DNA from: a virus
Virus record (IMG/VR): IMGVR_UViG_3300035703_000016
Location: 32,001-96,000 of that record
Length of the DNA: 64,000 bases
Reading direction: 5' to 3' (one strand)
Shown here: one piece after another, positions 38,144 to 48,396 of the stretch
Layout of the letters: each line of letters opens with the position of its first letter
Position numbering within the stretch: the first letter of the stretch is position 1
Notes under the pieces: model-generated
Seen by the model: only the letters and a program-made list of their open reading frames with translations
What the model was told of the DNA's origin: nothing
Databases searched by the model: none
Position numbers and translations under genes: made by a program

Positions 38144-38986
38144 TTAATAACTTATTTGAACTAGTGGACCTAAATAGAGATTATCTATACTCCCGGTTTG
38201 TAAAGTGTATGTACTTATATTTTGAGAACATGTTAATGGAAGAGATAGATTACTTCCATTTGAAGCTGATGTTAATCCTGAAATATTATAAAAACCAGTT
38301 TGTGTAATTGTTCCAGCAACAGGAGTTACACCTAAAAACTGATTATAAAGTCCATTAGATAACCCACATATATTTAGTGTTAAATTATTATTTCCTACTA
38401 CAGCTGTCCAATATAATTTTCTTTTTTCTAAAATTATACTAGTAGAAGGTGTTATTCCAGAATATGCTAATGGAATAGTAGATGACGACATAAATCCAAG
38501 ATCTTGAATTAAAAATTGAGGACATGTTTGACCAGAATCTGAATATATCCCTAATCTGACTGTCGCCTCTACCCCAGTACTACCAAACATTATTCCCATT
38601 GTAGAGACTGCACATGTTTTTTCTACTGTAAATGGAGTAAAAAGTATTCTATCTAATCCTAAAGATCTGCTTATTGCTAGAGATCCAGTTGTTATAATTA
38701 TATTTGGAAATATATATCCTATTCCAACGGTCGGAGCATACGATGGATTTTTTAATATTGATGAAGTAATACTAATAGATGAGCTATCTGAAAAATTAGA
38801 TATAGATGATGTTACGGCATTTAATACAACAGAAGCTGTTAAGCTCGTTTGAGAAAAAGAAGAAGACATTACATAAGATGATGTTGTAATGTTTCCTATA
38901 ATATTATCTGTAGTAAATAATGATCCACATACTATAGAATTTCCTATTGATATAAACCCCTCTCTAGTTATAAATGAATTTGACAT
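38144..38986 (-). CDS. putative fibre/receptor-binding protein, paralogue 1
   Basis: Same architecture (TPFTV.KTC, YWTA, LPLTCSQN). Confidence 0.55.
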   Translation of the reverse strand: MSNSFITREGFISIGNSIVCGSLFTTDNIIGNITTSSYVMSSSFSQTSLTASVVLNAVTSSISNFSDSSSISITSSILKNPSYAPTVGIGYIFPNIIITTGSLAISRSLGLDRILFTPFTVEKTCAVSTMGIMFGSTGVEATVRLGIYSDSGQTCPQFLIQDLGFMSSSTIPLAYSGITPSTSIILEKRKLYWTAVVGNNNLTLNICGLSNGLYNQFLGVTPVAGTITQTGFYNISGLTSASNGSNLSLPLTCSQNISTYTLQTGSIDNLYLGPLVQISY

Positions 38987-38997
38987 TGAAATCTATT

Positions 38998-41094
38998 TTA
39001 TATAAAAGTAGTTTGAGTTTTTATTATCCAACCAGACCCTGGGGATGTAGATAGTACTACGTTAGATGAACTTAAAGATCCAGTTAGGACTAGTGAATTT
39101 GTATTTCCTATATCAGAAGTAGAAAAGTCTGTAAATCTTATGTCTACTCCACTCCAAACAGTCATAAATTCGCCTGCTCTAGAATTACTTCCGCTTAAGA
39201 CTACATATTTTACAAACATTGATCCATATGATCCAGTTGATCGAGTGAGTATAGTCGTTGAACCTGCTCCAGTAGTTACCAAAGAAGATGTTGTTAATAT
39301 AGATCCTATTAATAAATTATCATTGAAATTTACAGATCCAGTAACAATTAAGCTCCCAGTAATTATAGCAGATCCAGTAAAAGGAAATCCGCTTCCTCCA
39401 CTTCCGCCTCCATTAAGAGCATATGAAGCTGTAAGTGCGTAAGAAGAAGATAAACTATAAGATGAGCTAAGAACTGACATGGATGAAGTTACCGAAGTTA
39501 ATACGTACGGATTTAGCATCGATGCTGTTACTGAATTTAATACATAATCTGGAGCTAATGACGCAGTACTAGCAAATGATGAACTCAATACTGTCATAGA
39601 ACTAGTTAAAGCACTAGTAACGTACGGCGCTAATAATGAAGATGTTGCAACTGCTCTAGGAATAGAACCAGAATCTCCAACCCATATTGATCCAGATACT
39701 ATATTCGGTAGATTATAAGGACCTGGATTTAAAACGTACCCGGCTCCGTTAACCCCTGTTCTACTTATTGTTCCTAAATATTGAACTGAAACGTCTGCGC
39801 CTGTTGGTCTTATAGAAGTCCATTGTCCGCTAGAACTCAAGAATACGTCTGTTCCGGCTGGAAGAGCTCCAACATTTATAGAGTCTATTAAACCTAGCAC
39901 TATCCCAAGTCCATTTCCATTTGGAGATATTTCAGAGGCGGCAACTAAAGTAGCTGGTCTTCTATTTGGATTATATGCATCCGCTAAATACGCATCTGCT
40001 CTGTTTCCAGTATTCCCTTCTACATAAAGTCCAGCGCCTTTAGGAATTGTTACTAATTCTCTATTTTTTACTTCTTCATAGATTGTTTTTACATACTGAA
40101 ATGTGAGAGATCCAGAACCATCTGTTTGAATAAATGACCCAATACCGTTATCAACAACTGGATAATGTAATCCGCTTGCTGTTAATTGATTTCTTACTAC
40201 AAAAGTGTCTGCTGAAGAAGCTGTTGCTGCATGAGAAGCACTTATTATTGAATTTATTCCATATGGACCATGTATATTAGATGCAGTTATATATGATGAA
40301 GTTACAGAATATTCTGACCATGATGATGTACCGTGTAAACTTCCAGTAAATCCATGAGTAGATATAGCAGATCCAGATATTACTAATTCCCCATTTATTA
40401 TTCCACCTGAAAGTGGAAGATATGAACTAGTAAAATCACTTAAAAAAGCCACTTCTCCAGATCCATCTTGAAAAATAATTTCATTATTTAGATTTGTAGA
40501 CTGGCTAAATATTAAAGTAGTTTTTGCTATTTCTATTGACTCAGAATTTACTAAACTAGACTCTATAGTAGAATATCCATATACTATGCTTGATGTAGTA
40601 TTAGAGTTTATTTCTTTTTTCGAGATAAATGCTCCTGGAGAGATTATTGATTTTTTATCTCCTACTGACATTACCCATTCATTAAATGACATGGATACGT
40701 TTTGAGAAAAATCTAAATCATTAACTATTACTTGAGTTCCAATAAAAGTGTTTGATCCAGTCGTAGCTAAACTAGCAGATTTTTCTACAAATATTGGATC
40801 TACTTCTTGATAATAAGATGCTGTTGAAGAATAAGAAGAAGAATTTATTAATCCGTAAAAAGAACCAGTAGCATAAAATACAGAAGCTGAATAAAATACA
40901 GTAGGAATTCCACCAAAAACTCCATTATTATTAAATTGAACTTGAGTATCTGATCCTCCAGGATTACTACCACCTCCTCCACTTCCATTAAGAGCATACG
41001 AAGCTGTTATAGCCCAAGATGAAGTTCCGTATAGACTTCCCGTAAATGATCCACTAATTGGGAATCTTAACTGTTTTCCTTTTATTTGAGCCAT
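38998..41094 (-). CDS. tail fibre-like protein with S/T/G-rich repeats
   Basis: Repeated TGS/SGS and TASYA units; GGSDTQVQFNNNG motif; TASYALNG occurs twice. Confidence 0.65.
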   Translation of the reverse strand: MAQIKGKQLRFPISGSFTGSLYGTSSWAITASYALNGSGGGGSNPGGSDTQVQFNNNGVFGGIPTVFYSASVFYATGSFYGLINSSSYSSTASYYQEVDPIFVEKSASLATTGSNTFIGTQVIVNDLDFSQNVSMSFNEWVMSVGDKKSIISPGAFISKKEINSNTTSSIVYGYSTIESSLVNSESIEIAKTTLIFSQSTNLNNEIIFQDGSGEVAFLSDFTSSYLPLSGGIINGELVISGSAISTHGFTGSLHGTSSWSEYSVTSSYITASNIHGPYGINSIISASHAATASSADTFVVRNQLTASGLHYPVVDNGIGSFIQTDGSGSLTFQYVKTIYEEVKNRELVTIPKGAGLYVEGNTGNRADAYLADAYNPNRRPATLVAASEISPNGNGLGIVLGLIDSINVGALPAGTDVFLSSSGQWTSIRPTGADVSVQYLGTISRTGVNGAGYVLNPGPYNLPNIVSGSIWVGDSGSIPRAVATSSLLAPYVTSALTSSMTVLSSSFASTASLAPDYVLNSVTASMLNPYVLTSVTSSMSVLSSSYSLSSSYALTASYALNGGGSGGSGFPFTGSAIITGSLIVTGSVNFNDNLLIGSILTTSSLVTTGAGSTTILTRSTGSYGSMFVKYVVLSGSNSRAGEFMTVWSGVDIRFTDFSTSDIGNTNSLVLTGSLSSSNVVLSTSPGSGWIIKTQTTFI

Positions 41095-41096
41095 AT

Positions 41097-42353
41097 TTAA
41101 TCTTTAAATTTTCCTATTCCTAATACTATATCGCTAGATTCTAATTCATATCCTAGTGTAGAAGTATCTAAAGTTAAAGTAGAAGTAGTTCCATTATCAA
41201 CAAATGAGACAATTGACGTACTTTCTACAAAATTTCCATTTACAAAAAAACTAAAATTAGTTAAACTAGTTGGAGGTAATCCACTTGGAGCAGTCATCCA
41301 CCCATTTGGAAAAGTCGCAGTATTTGTAGTTTTACTTGATGCAATTACTTGTTTATTAGCTACTAAGTAACTTAATGTAGTCGTGTCTACTCCAGATATA
41401 ACATTATATGTAACATTCATTGAATCACTTATTTGAAGTGTATTTTTTATATTGCCTTTTAGTGGATTTTTATTGCTTATGCTTCCGGATACAGAATCTG
41501 TTGTTTCTATTCCAAAAGTTAATTTTGATACTCCAAATGACTTTGTATTCCCAGCTGCTTTAGTCATTTCTGTATTTGGAATTAGATATCCATTTAAAGT
41601 AAGCGTAAAACTCGTTCTTACCAGCCTATCGTCTCCAAGATCGTACGATATTGTATCGGTGAATGATTCTATATTACTGTAGAAAAGAAAGCGACTGGGG
41701 TCGCCCCAATAGCTTCTGGATGCAAAGTTAAGAGATTCTACTAAAGAATCCATCTGCTCAACGAAATAAGTCCAAACTATACATGTATATTCTACTGTAA
41801 CATAATCAGGAGTTATTGCAACTATATACTCTTTCTCTGGAGCTCTATTATTTAATACTGCAAAATTACTATATTGATTTCTTGGAGTGTATTTTTTTTC
41901 AAAAAATTGAAAATTATTTGCTTTATTTCCATCTATTTTATTTCCAAGAGATCTATTTTGAGAAACTGAATTTCTTTTAAACATTATTAGTGGAGCTAAT
42001 CCTTTTCCTTTTTGATCTCTATGGTATCCGTCTGCCTGTATGCTGCTCCAATTTTCTGGAGTTCCATACATTACTGGCACATTTACTCTTGTATTATTTT
42101 GAACTACAGATAATTTTAAAACTTCATTAAAATAATACATTACAGCATCATCTATGTCTTTTATCCCTACTGTAAATATTTTATCTTTATCATCCTTTAA
42201 AGAATATTCTAATGCTCTATTAAACTCAGGCTGTCCTAATTTCTGAGGTTCTGTAAATACTTGATCTGCTGACTGTTGTACATAAGGAGCCTCTAGAGAT
42301 TTCATAAACTCTATTCTCGATTTTGGTCTACTTACTTGAATTCCTCCAGCCAT
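41097..42353 (-). CDS. tail completion/terminator protein (gp15-like) with C-terminal extension
   Basis: DID.AV..YF, VPV.Y..PE.W, PDYV..EY; position after the neck genes. Confidence 0.6.
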   Translation of the reverse strand: MAGGIQVSRPKSRIEFMKSLEAPYVQQSADQVFTEPQKLGQPEFNRALEYSLKDDKDKIFTVGIKDIDDAVMYYFNEVLKLSVVQNNTRVNVPVMYGTPENWSSIQADGYHRDQKGKGLAPLIMFKRNSVSQNRSLGNKIDGNKANNFQFFEKKYTPRNQYSNFAVLNNRAPEKEYIVAITPDYVTVEYTCIVWTYFVEQMDSLVESLNFASRSYWGDPSRFLFYSNIESFTDTISYDLGDDRLVRTSFTLTLNGYLIPNTEMTKAAGNTKSFGVSKLTFGIETTDSVSGSISNKNPLKGNIKNTLQISDSMNVTYNVISGVDTTTLSYLVANKQVIASSKTTNTATFPNGWMTAPSGLPPTSLTNFSFFVNGNFVESTSIVSFVDNGTTSTLTLDTSTLGYELESSDIVLGIGKFKD

Positions 42354-42844
42354 TATAATCTAATTTGTTTTATTCCTAAAGAATCAGGAGAAGTATAATG
42401 AGTTTTTAGTATAATTGAATATGAAGCTCCAAATCCTTCTAATCCAGTTTCATAAGCATAATCATTGTCTTTTCCTAAAATTAATTGATTTTCATTTACT
42501 GAATCAACAGAAAAATATAATTCATTATACATTATCACGTCTCCAACTTCTGGAAAGACATTTGCTTCTACTAAGTGATCTTTAAAAAATCTAAATTCAA
42601 CTTGTCTAGTGTTGTCTGGTCCAAAATCAGTCTGAGTAAATTCAAAATCACCTCTTGAAATTAGACAATTTATTAGCACAGGCCCAATATATGTTTTATT
42701 TAAAGCCTCTCCATAAGTATTAACACTAGTAGAATCTAGTACTATTTTATAGTATCCACAAGAAGTAGATATAATATTTTGTAAAAGTTCTCTAGTAATA
42801 TGCTTAAATACTGAAATATCTCTTTTAGAGCCAAATAATGCCAT
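42353..42844 (-). CDS. neck protein / head closure (gp14-like)
   Basis: YGEA, PEVGDVI..N..YF; gene order. Confidence 0.6.
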   Translation of the reverse strand: MALFGSKRDISVFKHITRELLQNIISTSCGYYKIVLDSTSVNTYGEALNKTYIGPVLINCLISRGDFEFTQTDFGPDNTRQVEFRFFKDHLVEANVFPEVGDVIMYNELYFSVDSVNENQLILGKDNDYAYETGLEGFGASYSIILKTHYTSPDSLGIKQIRL

Positions 42845-42856
42845 TTATTTTTTTAT

Positions 42857-44020
42857 TTATCCAGTGTATATGAGTAACGGCACTTTTGTTAAAGTATCGC
42901 TCTCAGATTGAGCCTCTGCAGCTTTTCTTTCTAATTGTGATTGTCTAGTCATTGACTCAAGCTCTTGTCTTAATCTTTCTTTTAACGCAATTTGCATATT
43001 CTGACCTTTAGAAATAAGATCCGTAGAATTTAAAGTTACTTGATCACCTGGCACTGGGACATTTGTATATTTTCCTCTTACAAGTCCTAATAGTTCAGAT
43101 GCTAGCGCCAATGTGTATTCATATATCCATTGTCTACCAGGTCTATTTATCTGAGAATAAATAATAGTTCCATACGGCACTTGAGAAGGATTAGCCACTA
43201 AGTTACTACTTCCAGAATACGGACTATTTATGCTTGGATCTCCCATTTCACTCTTCTTTGAATATTGAATCCAAAGATTTACTCCTTCTACTTCTGGTAT
43301 GGGGAATATCTTGAGCTTATTATTTATTAATTCAAAAGTAAATGCGCTTCTACGTACAGTATTAGACATTTCTATTTGTTGTATTCTTTGAATATCCCAA
43401 TAAACTGGAAATAGAGTAAAATTTAATCCTGGAGAATAAGATGACCAACCGAAATTTTCAGTAGCTCCTTGATAATTTATAGAACCTCCGATGTACGGAT
43501 CGTAATATTGATTTATTGCAGGAACTCCTTTATAATATACTTCTTGAACTACTATTCTATCTCCTGGTTGAATCCATCCACTAGAAGATCCAATCAATTG
43601 TAAATCATACGACTGTTGTCCTGGTATTAATGTTATTGAGCCTGAATACCAATTTACGTTTCCTCCTAAACCAGCAGGTGCTCCATAACTATCAGCTATT
43701 GTTATTATCGTATTAAGATTTGGAACTACTACTGTATTATTCAATAAAGACCCAGTTGGAGATCCTTCTAATCCTAAATAATTGTCTTTTATTTTAGATT
43801 GATATATTTCTAAAGCATATGTAGAGACAGCTTCCTCAAAGCATGCAAAAAATTGATCTTGTTGCAATTCAACCTCCATCATAGGATATCCTAGTTTTTT
43901 GGCACAATAATTTGCAACTTTTACAGACTCACTTACGAACTGAGAGTCATTATCATATAATCCAAAAGGAGTGTCTCCTGGAGAAAATGATGCGCTGCCT
44001 GGCCATGGAGAGTTATTCAT
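42857..44020 (-). CDS. neck protein (gp13-like adaptor)
   Basis: LGYP...VEL, W..EY.LAL..E.LG.VRGKY, VTLN; ATATTTAT at 44038-44045. Confidence 0.8.
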   Translation of the reverse strand: MNNSPWPGSASFSPGDTPFGLYDNDSQFVSESVKVANYCAKKLGYPMMEVELQQDQFFACFEEAVSTYALEIYQSKIKDNYLGLEGSPTGSLLNNTVVVPNLNTIITIADSYGAPAGLGGNVNWYSGSITLIPGQQSYDLQLIGSSSGWIQPGDRIVVQEVYYKGVPAINQYYDPYIGGSINYQGATENFGWSSYSPGLNFTLFPVYWDIQRIQQIEMSNTVRRSAFTFELINNKLKIFPIPEVEGVNLWIQYSKKSEMGDPSINSPYSGSSNLVANPSQVPYGTIIYSQINRPGRQWIYEYTLALASELLGLVRGKYTNVPVPGDQVTLNSTDLISKGQNMQIALKERLRQELESMTRQSQLERKAAEAQSESDTLTKVPLLIYTG

Positions 44021-44051
44021 AGTGATAGTAATTTATAATAAATATTTGAAA

Positions 44052-44720
44052 CTAATCTTCAAATTGTTTGTATACTTTTAAAATCTCTTCAACTATTGGG
44101 TCTCTATGATTTTGTTTAAGAGTAAATACAGAGAAATTTGGAACTTCAGTAAAGTTTTTACATATAAAGTCAAAACCAGAATCTTTTTTATTCTTTAAAT
44201 CTACTTGAGAAACATCTCCGCAAATAATCATCTTACTTCCATTACAAATACGACCAAGAAGTAATTCCATTTGTTTGTGAGTAATATTTTGACCTTCATC
44301 GACAACGATACAACATTTAGATAAGTTTCTGCCTCTCATAAAGCCCAAAGGGATAACTTCTATCTTGCCTTCTGATAATTCTTTATCTACTTTATCTTTA
44401 TTGTAAAGTCTATACATATTATCATATATAGCAGCAGTATAGGGCGCTAATTTTTCATCTTTATTTCCAGGAAGATAACCTATTTCTTCTCCAGAATTTA
44501 CAGCTGGTCTTGTTAAAATTATTTTTTCTACTTCTCTTCTAAATAACATATCTAATGCAACTTGAGCAGCTAACATTGATTTACCAGATCCAGCTTGACC
44601 TTTTAACACCGTTATAGTACTATCTAATATTACTTGTTTTGCATGTTTCTGTTCTTCATTTAATTGAATTTGAAACTTAATTGGATTTTTAAGTTTTTTT
44701 ACTTCTGGAGTTTGACTCAT
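44052..44720 (-). CDS. phoH: PhoH family ATPase
   Basis: GQAGSGKS, LTRP, GYLPG, FMRGR, DEGQN, GDVSQ, NHR. Confidence 0.93.
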   Translation of the reverse strand: MSQTPEVKKLKNPIKFQIQLNEEQKHAKQVILDSTITVLKGQAGSGKSMLAAQVALDMLFRREVEKIILTRPAVNSGEEIGYLPGNKDEKLAPYTAAIYDNMYRLYNKDKVDKELSEGKIEVIPLGFMRGRNLSKCCIVVDEGQNITHKQMELLLGRICNGSKMIICGDVSQVDLKNKKDSGFDFICKNFTEVPNFSVFTLKQNHRDPIVEEILKVYKQFED

Positions 44721-44747
44721 TTTTTATTATTTATGATGAAAAATCTA

Positions 44748-45017
44748 TTAATAACCTGGGAAGTAAGATCCGCTATATAGTATTGAAAGACCTGCGGATT
44801 GAGTTACAGAAGTAATATTTCCGTAGATGCTCTGTCCTGCTCCAAATGTCGCTGTTATTTGACTTCCACTTAAATTTGAAAATTTTATTGTGGCTATTGT
44901 TCCAGAAGTAACAGAATAAAACCAATAAGAATCGCAAGCAGTACTTATTGATCCACTTAAAATTGAACCTCCTCCTAAACCATATGGATCTTTTAATCCG
45001 TCTACTATTTGTGGCAT
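44748..45017 (-). CDS. small putative virion (decoration-like) protein
   Basis: Beta-rich, three SGS motifs; ATATTTAT at 45035-45042. Confidence 0.45.
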   Translation of the reverse strand: MPQIVDGLKDPYGLGGGSILSGSISTACDSYWFYSVTSGTIATIKFSNLSGSQITATFGAGQSIYGNITSVTQSAGLSILYSGSYFPGY

Positions 45018-45053
45018 ATTATTTTTATTTTAGTATAAATATCTTTAGTTTGT

Positions 45054-46598
45054 TTAAAAATTCATTTCATATTTTATATTTCCGCAATCCCATATTCTAT
45101 CATATCCGAGCTCACTCATTATTTTAATTTCTGGTTTATTTTTATCTATATCGAATTTTTTAAGTATGTTAGATTTAGTAAAATTGAATCTATGTACTTT
45201 TTTTCTATAGTCTTTTGTATACCAATATCCAGGTTTTGTTGTTCCAATTTTTTTAAATCCTAATACATCATATAAATTATTATCTATAGTAGAAGTCCAC
45301 TTTCTGTCTGCGTATGTAATAATTCTACTAGGAGAATATTTTTTTATAAAATAAGAAAGACATTTAGATGCTCCTCCTACAACCCTAGTCTTAGTTGCGT
45401 ATCTACATAATTCAAAACTTCCAATTTGACTATTTTGACCTAAAGATTTTCTTAGCTTACAAAATGTCATTACAGCGACTAAGTCGTCTTCTTGAAACAA
45501 TCCTATATTTATTGGAGATCTATCTACTCCTTGAATATGATAAGAATTTAAAAAATTAGTCTTATCTTTTGATGTTATTTCTCTTAGTTGACATTTTCTT
45601 GCATAGACAGAATTTTTATTAAATCCTATAGCAGATTTTATTTTCTCTATAACTATGTGCTTTTTATCATGCCAGTCATCTTCAAATATTTGAATTAATT
45701 TTACGCCGATAGCTTCACACTTTTCTACCTTATTTAAATGATAATCTTTTGCTTTCTTTCCTCTTATTTCACTATGCCAATATAATCCATTCATTTCAAT
45801 AGCGATTTTATAATCTGGAAGATATAAATCAATTTCTAGAGGACGGATTACACTTCTATTATTTTTATTTACTTTTACACCAAGAGTTATTAATATTGAA
45901 TATAACTCTTCTTGCATTTTACTAGTTTTTATATTAATGTTTATAAGATCATAGTTTTTACTATATGTATCTTTCATTTTATTAATTATAGATTTACTGG
46001 ATAGGTTTTCTATATTCCATTTTTTTCTATAGTCATCTACAGATAATCCGTGTAATTTTAAATGAGTTATTGTTAATCTTTTATATTTTTTAGAGCATTC
46101 TTTACATTCTATATAATTAGATTCATCTTTGGACAATAAATAATCTCTAATTTCTTTATTTGGAGCATATATCCATAATTTTTCGTCTTCTTTAAATTTT
46201 TCTATATGCTCTGAAGGATTTATATCATGATATTTTTTTAAATGATTAGTTATACATCCAGACTTATTAGATAAATCTATTGTTTTCCAATCACAATATT
46301 TACATTGATATTTTTCTACTTCTTTTATATTTTTAATAGTATAATAATCAAAGACATTATTTACTTCATATCCTAGTTTTTTTAAATGACGAGTTAATAC
46401 TCCAGAATAATTTTTTATATCTGAAAAAGATTTTCCGTCTATGTTGCAGATAATCTCTAAACCAGAATCTTGTTTTTCTTTTTTATTATTTCTTTTCTCA
46501 ATACCTTCTCTATGAGTTAATTTACATAAATTAGAACAATAATACTTCTGTCTATTACCTAATTCTTTTTTACATTTTAAACAAAAAATCTCTTTCAT
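45054..46598 (-). mobile_element. free-standing homing-endonuclease-like gene (Zn fingers + PD-(D/E)XK/Hef-like domains)
   Basis: CxxC/C2H2 repeats, EIDLY...AIEMNGLYWH, VGGASK, TYADR, RIWDCG. Start moved from 46619 to 46598 because ATATTTAT lies at 46606-46613. Confidence 0.7.
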
Positions 46599-46662
46599 CT
46601 CTAATATAAATATATTCATTATTAAGAACTACACGTCTTTTATTTTTTAAGTTTATAAAAAT

Positions 46663-46694
46663 AAAAAAGCCCCGTAAAAACAGGGCTATCTTTT
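46663..46694 (-). terminator. intrinsic terminator after the major capsid gene
   Basis: AGCCCTG-TTTTTA-CGGGGCT-TTTTT on the minus strand. Confidence 0.85.
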
Positions 46695-46716
46695 GGTTTA
46701 TATTAGTAAAGTAAAA

Positions 46717-48360
46717 TTAGACTACGTTCAAATCTGATACGAACAAGTTCGCATAGTATTCAGGCCTAGTTAGTTTCATAGCGTACCTTGTCATTATCCC
46801 TTTTCTAGGAGTGAACGTATTTGGATCGTACACTAGAGGAGTCATAATCAATGGAACGTAAGGAGCGTATACGGCGCCAGTTTCAAGGAACTGATTTCCA
46901 CGGAAGCCCATTAATATTACATTCTGAGTCATGTATGGGTTTTTATACACCTTATAACGACTATTCAATGAACCAATTTTCTGTACACCAAATGCGTATT
47001 TCATTGTATCTGCTGCGCCATCAGTATCAGCTGCAAATCCAGGTATTGATTCTAGAATTGTTGCTACTGCAGGAGAAATTACCATAAAGTTTGCACCTCC
47101 ACGAAGTGTTCTTTGGTGTATGATATTAGACAATTTTTGTAGCTTAATACCTATAGTTTGGAACCATGTCATTTGGTTATAGAATACACCAGCAGTGTTT
47201 GAATTAAATCCATCAGCAGCTGCATTTATTTGATTACCAACTTTAGCAGACCAGTAGTCAACAGTTGGAGCTGCTTGTATCAACATATCAAGAACTTCAA
47301 GATCAATTTCAAGAGTTATATACTCAGATAGGATACCAGTCAATTCAGCTTCAGCATCTAGAGAGTGGTATGCGTTTAGATCTTGTGCAAATTCTGGAGT
47401 CCATTGCGCTTTCAATTTTCTAGTCTTAGCAGAGATAGTCTCACTTGACATTGCCACGTTTATCTCTGGTATAGATATAGATGATGGAGAATACGCATTT
47501 GGAACAGATACACCTTGAGTTGCTGTACGATCTTCAAAATCGCCCATTTTATTGAAGTCTGTAGCTTTGTTATATTCTATTACGTAAGTTCCACCTATAA
47601 TTGCAGCTGTAGAACCAGATACATAGAATACTATATTTCCACCACTTAAATTAGTAGCTTGCGCAATTGTATTTGAGACAGATACAGAAGATCCAGAAGT
47701 AACAGTAAATGACTTAATAGTCAATGGGTTAAAATTAGGAATAGATGATGTTGGAATAGCAACAGCTTTAATTTGTTGAGCTGCTATAGAAGCTGAATAA
47801 GTGCTATCAAATCCAAGAGCTGCCCAAGATCCAGATGTTACAGTACCTGTGTCTGATCCGCTAAATAGATTTAAAGAATATCCAAACTTACCAGTTCCAT
47901 AAAGACCACCAGCAGCAGCATTACCAAAATTAGCAGTTTGAGTACCATACAATGAAGCCCCTTGTGTAAAGTTATTGTTTCCTGAAGTACCATACTGGAA
48001 ATCGAGGAAGAATACTAGACCAGCTGGAAGATTCATCGGCTGAACGCTTACGAATTCTTTTGATGCTAATTGTCCGAATATCTTACGAACTAGAGGAAGT
48101 GCTACTCCTGCCCACTGTTCACCGCCACCTGGAGTAAATGTTGCTCCTGTAGAAGTTCCACCTGTAGAAGTAGATGATTCTACAACTAATTGTTTAGACT
48201 GATTTTCAAGCATTACTGCCATCGTCCTTGCGTCGTGCTCGTTAAGATTTTTAAGCAGGCCTGATTTACCCCACTTTTTAACGAGTCTTTGAGAAACTGA
48301 CAGCTGTGTATTATATGCATTCTGTGCAGATTCTTGTAAAAGGGAATTTACTAGATTCAT
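46717..48360 (-). CDS. major capsid protein (T4 gp23-like)
   Basis: VSVQPM..P.GL.F, KTRKLKAQWT.E.AQDL.A.H..DAE.EL, YAPY.PL, P.KG.MTRY. Confidence 0.97.
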   Translation of the reverse strand: MNLVNSLLQESAQNAYNTQLSVSQRLVKKWGKSGLLKNLNEHDARTMAVMLENQSKQLVVESSTSTGGTSTGATFTPGGGEQWAGVALPLVRKIFGQLASKEFVSVQPMNLPAGLVFFLDFQYGTSGNNNFTQGASLYGTQTANFGNAAAGGLYGTGKFGYSLNLFSGSDTGTVTSGSWAALGFDSTYSASIAAQQIKAVAIPTSSIPNFNPLTIKSFTVTSGSSVSVSNTIAQATNLSGGNIVFYVSGSTAAIIGGTYVIEYNKATDFNKMGDFEDRTATQGVSVPNAYSPSSISIPEINVAMSSETISAKTRKLKAQWTPEFAQDLNAYHSLDAEAELTGILSEYITLEIDLEVLDMLIQAAPTVDYWSAKVGNQINAAADGFNSNTAGVFYNQMTWFQTIGIKLQKLSNIIHQRTLRGGANFMVISPAVATILESIPGFAADTDGAADTMKYAFGVQKIGSLNSRYKVYKNPYMTQNVILMGFRGNQFLETGAVYAPYVPLIMTPLVYDPNTFTPRKGIMTRYAMKLTRPEYYANLFVSDLNVV

Positions 48361-48396
48361 CTTATTTGTTTTTATTTTTTTTAATTAATTTTTTTA

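Noticed and set aside
36365-41094. Diversity-generating retroelement or invertible fibre cassette
   Set aside because: No reverse transcriptase, recombinase, adenine-specific template/variable repeat pair or flanking inverted repeats were seen
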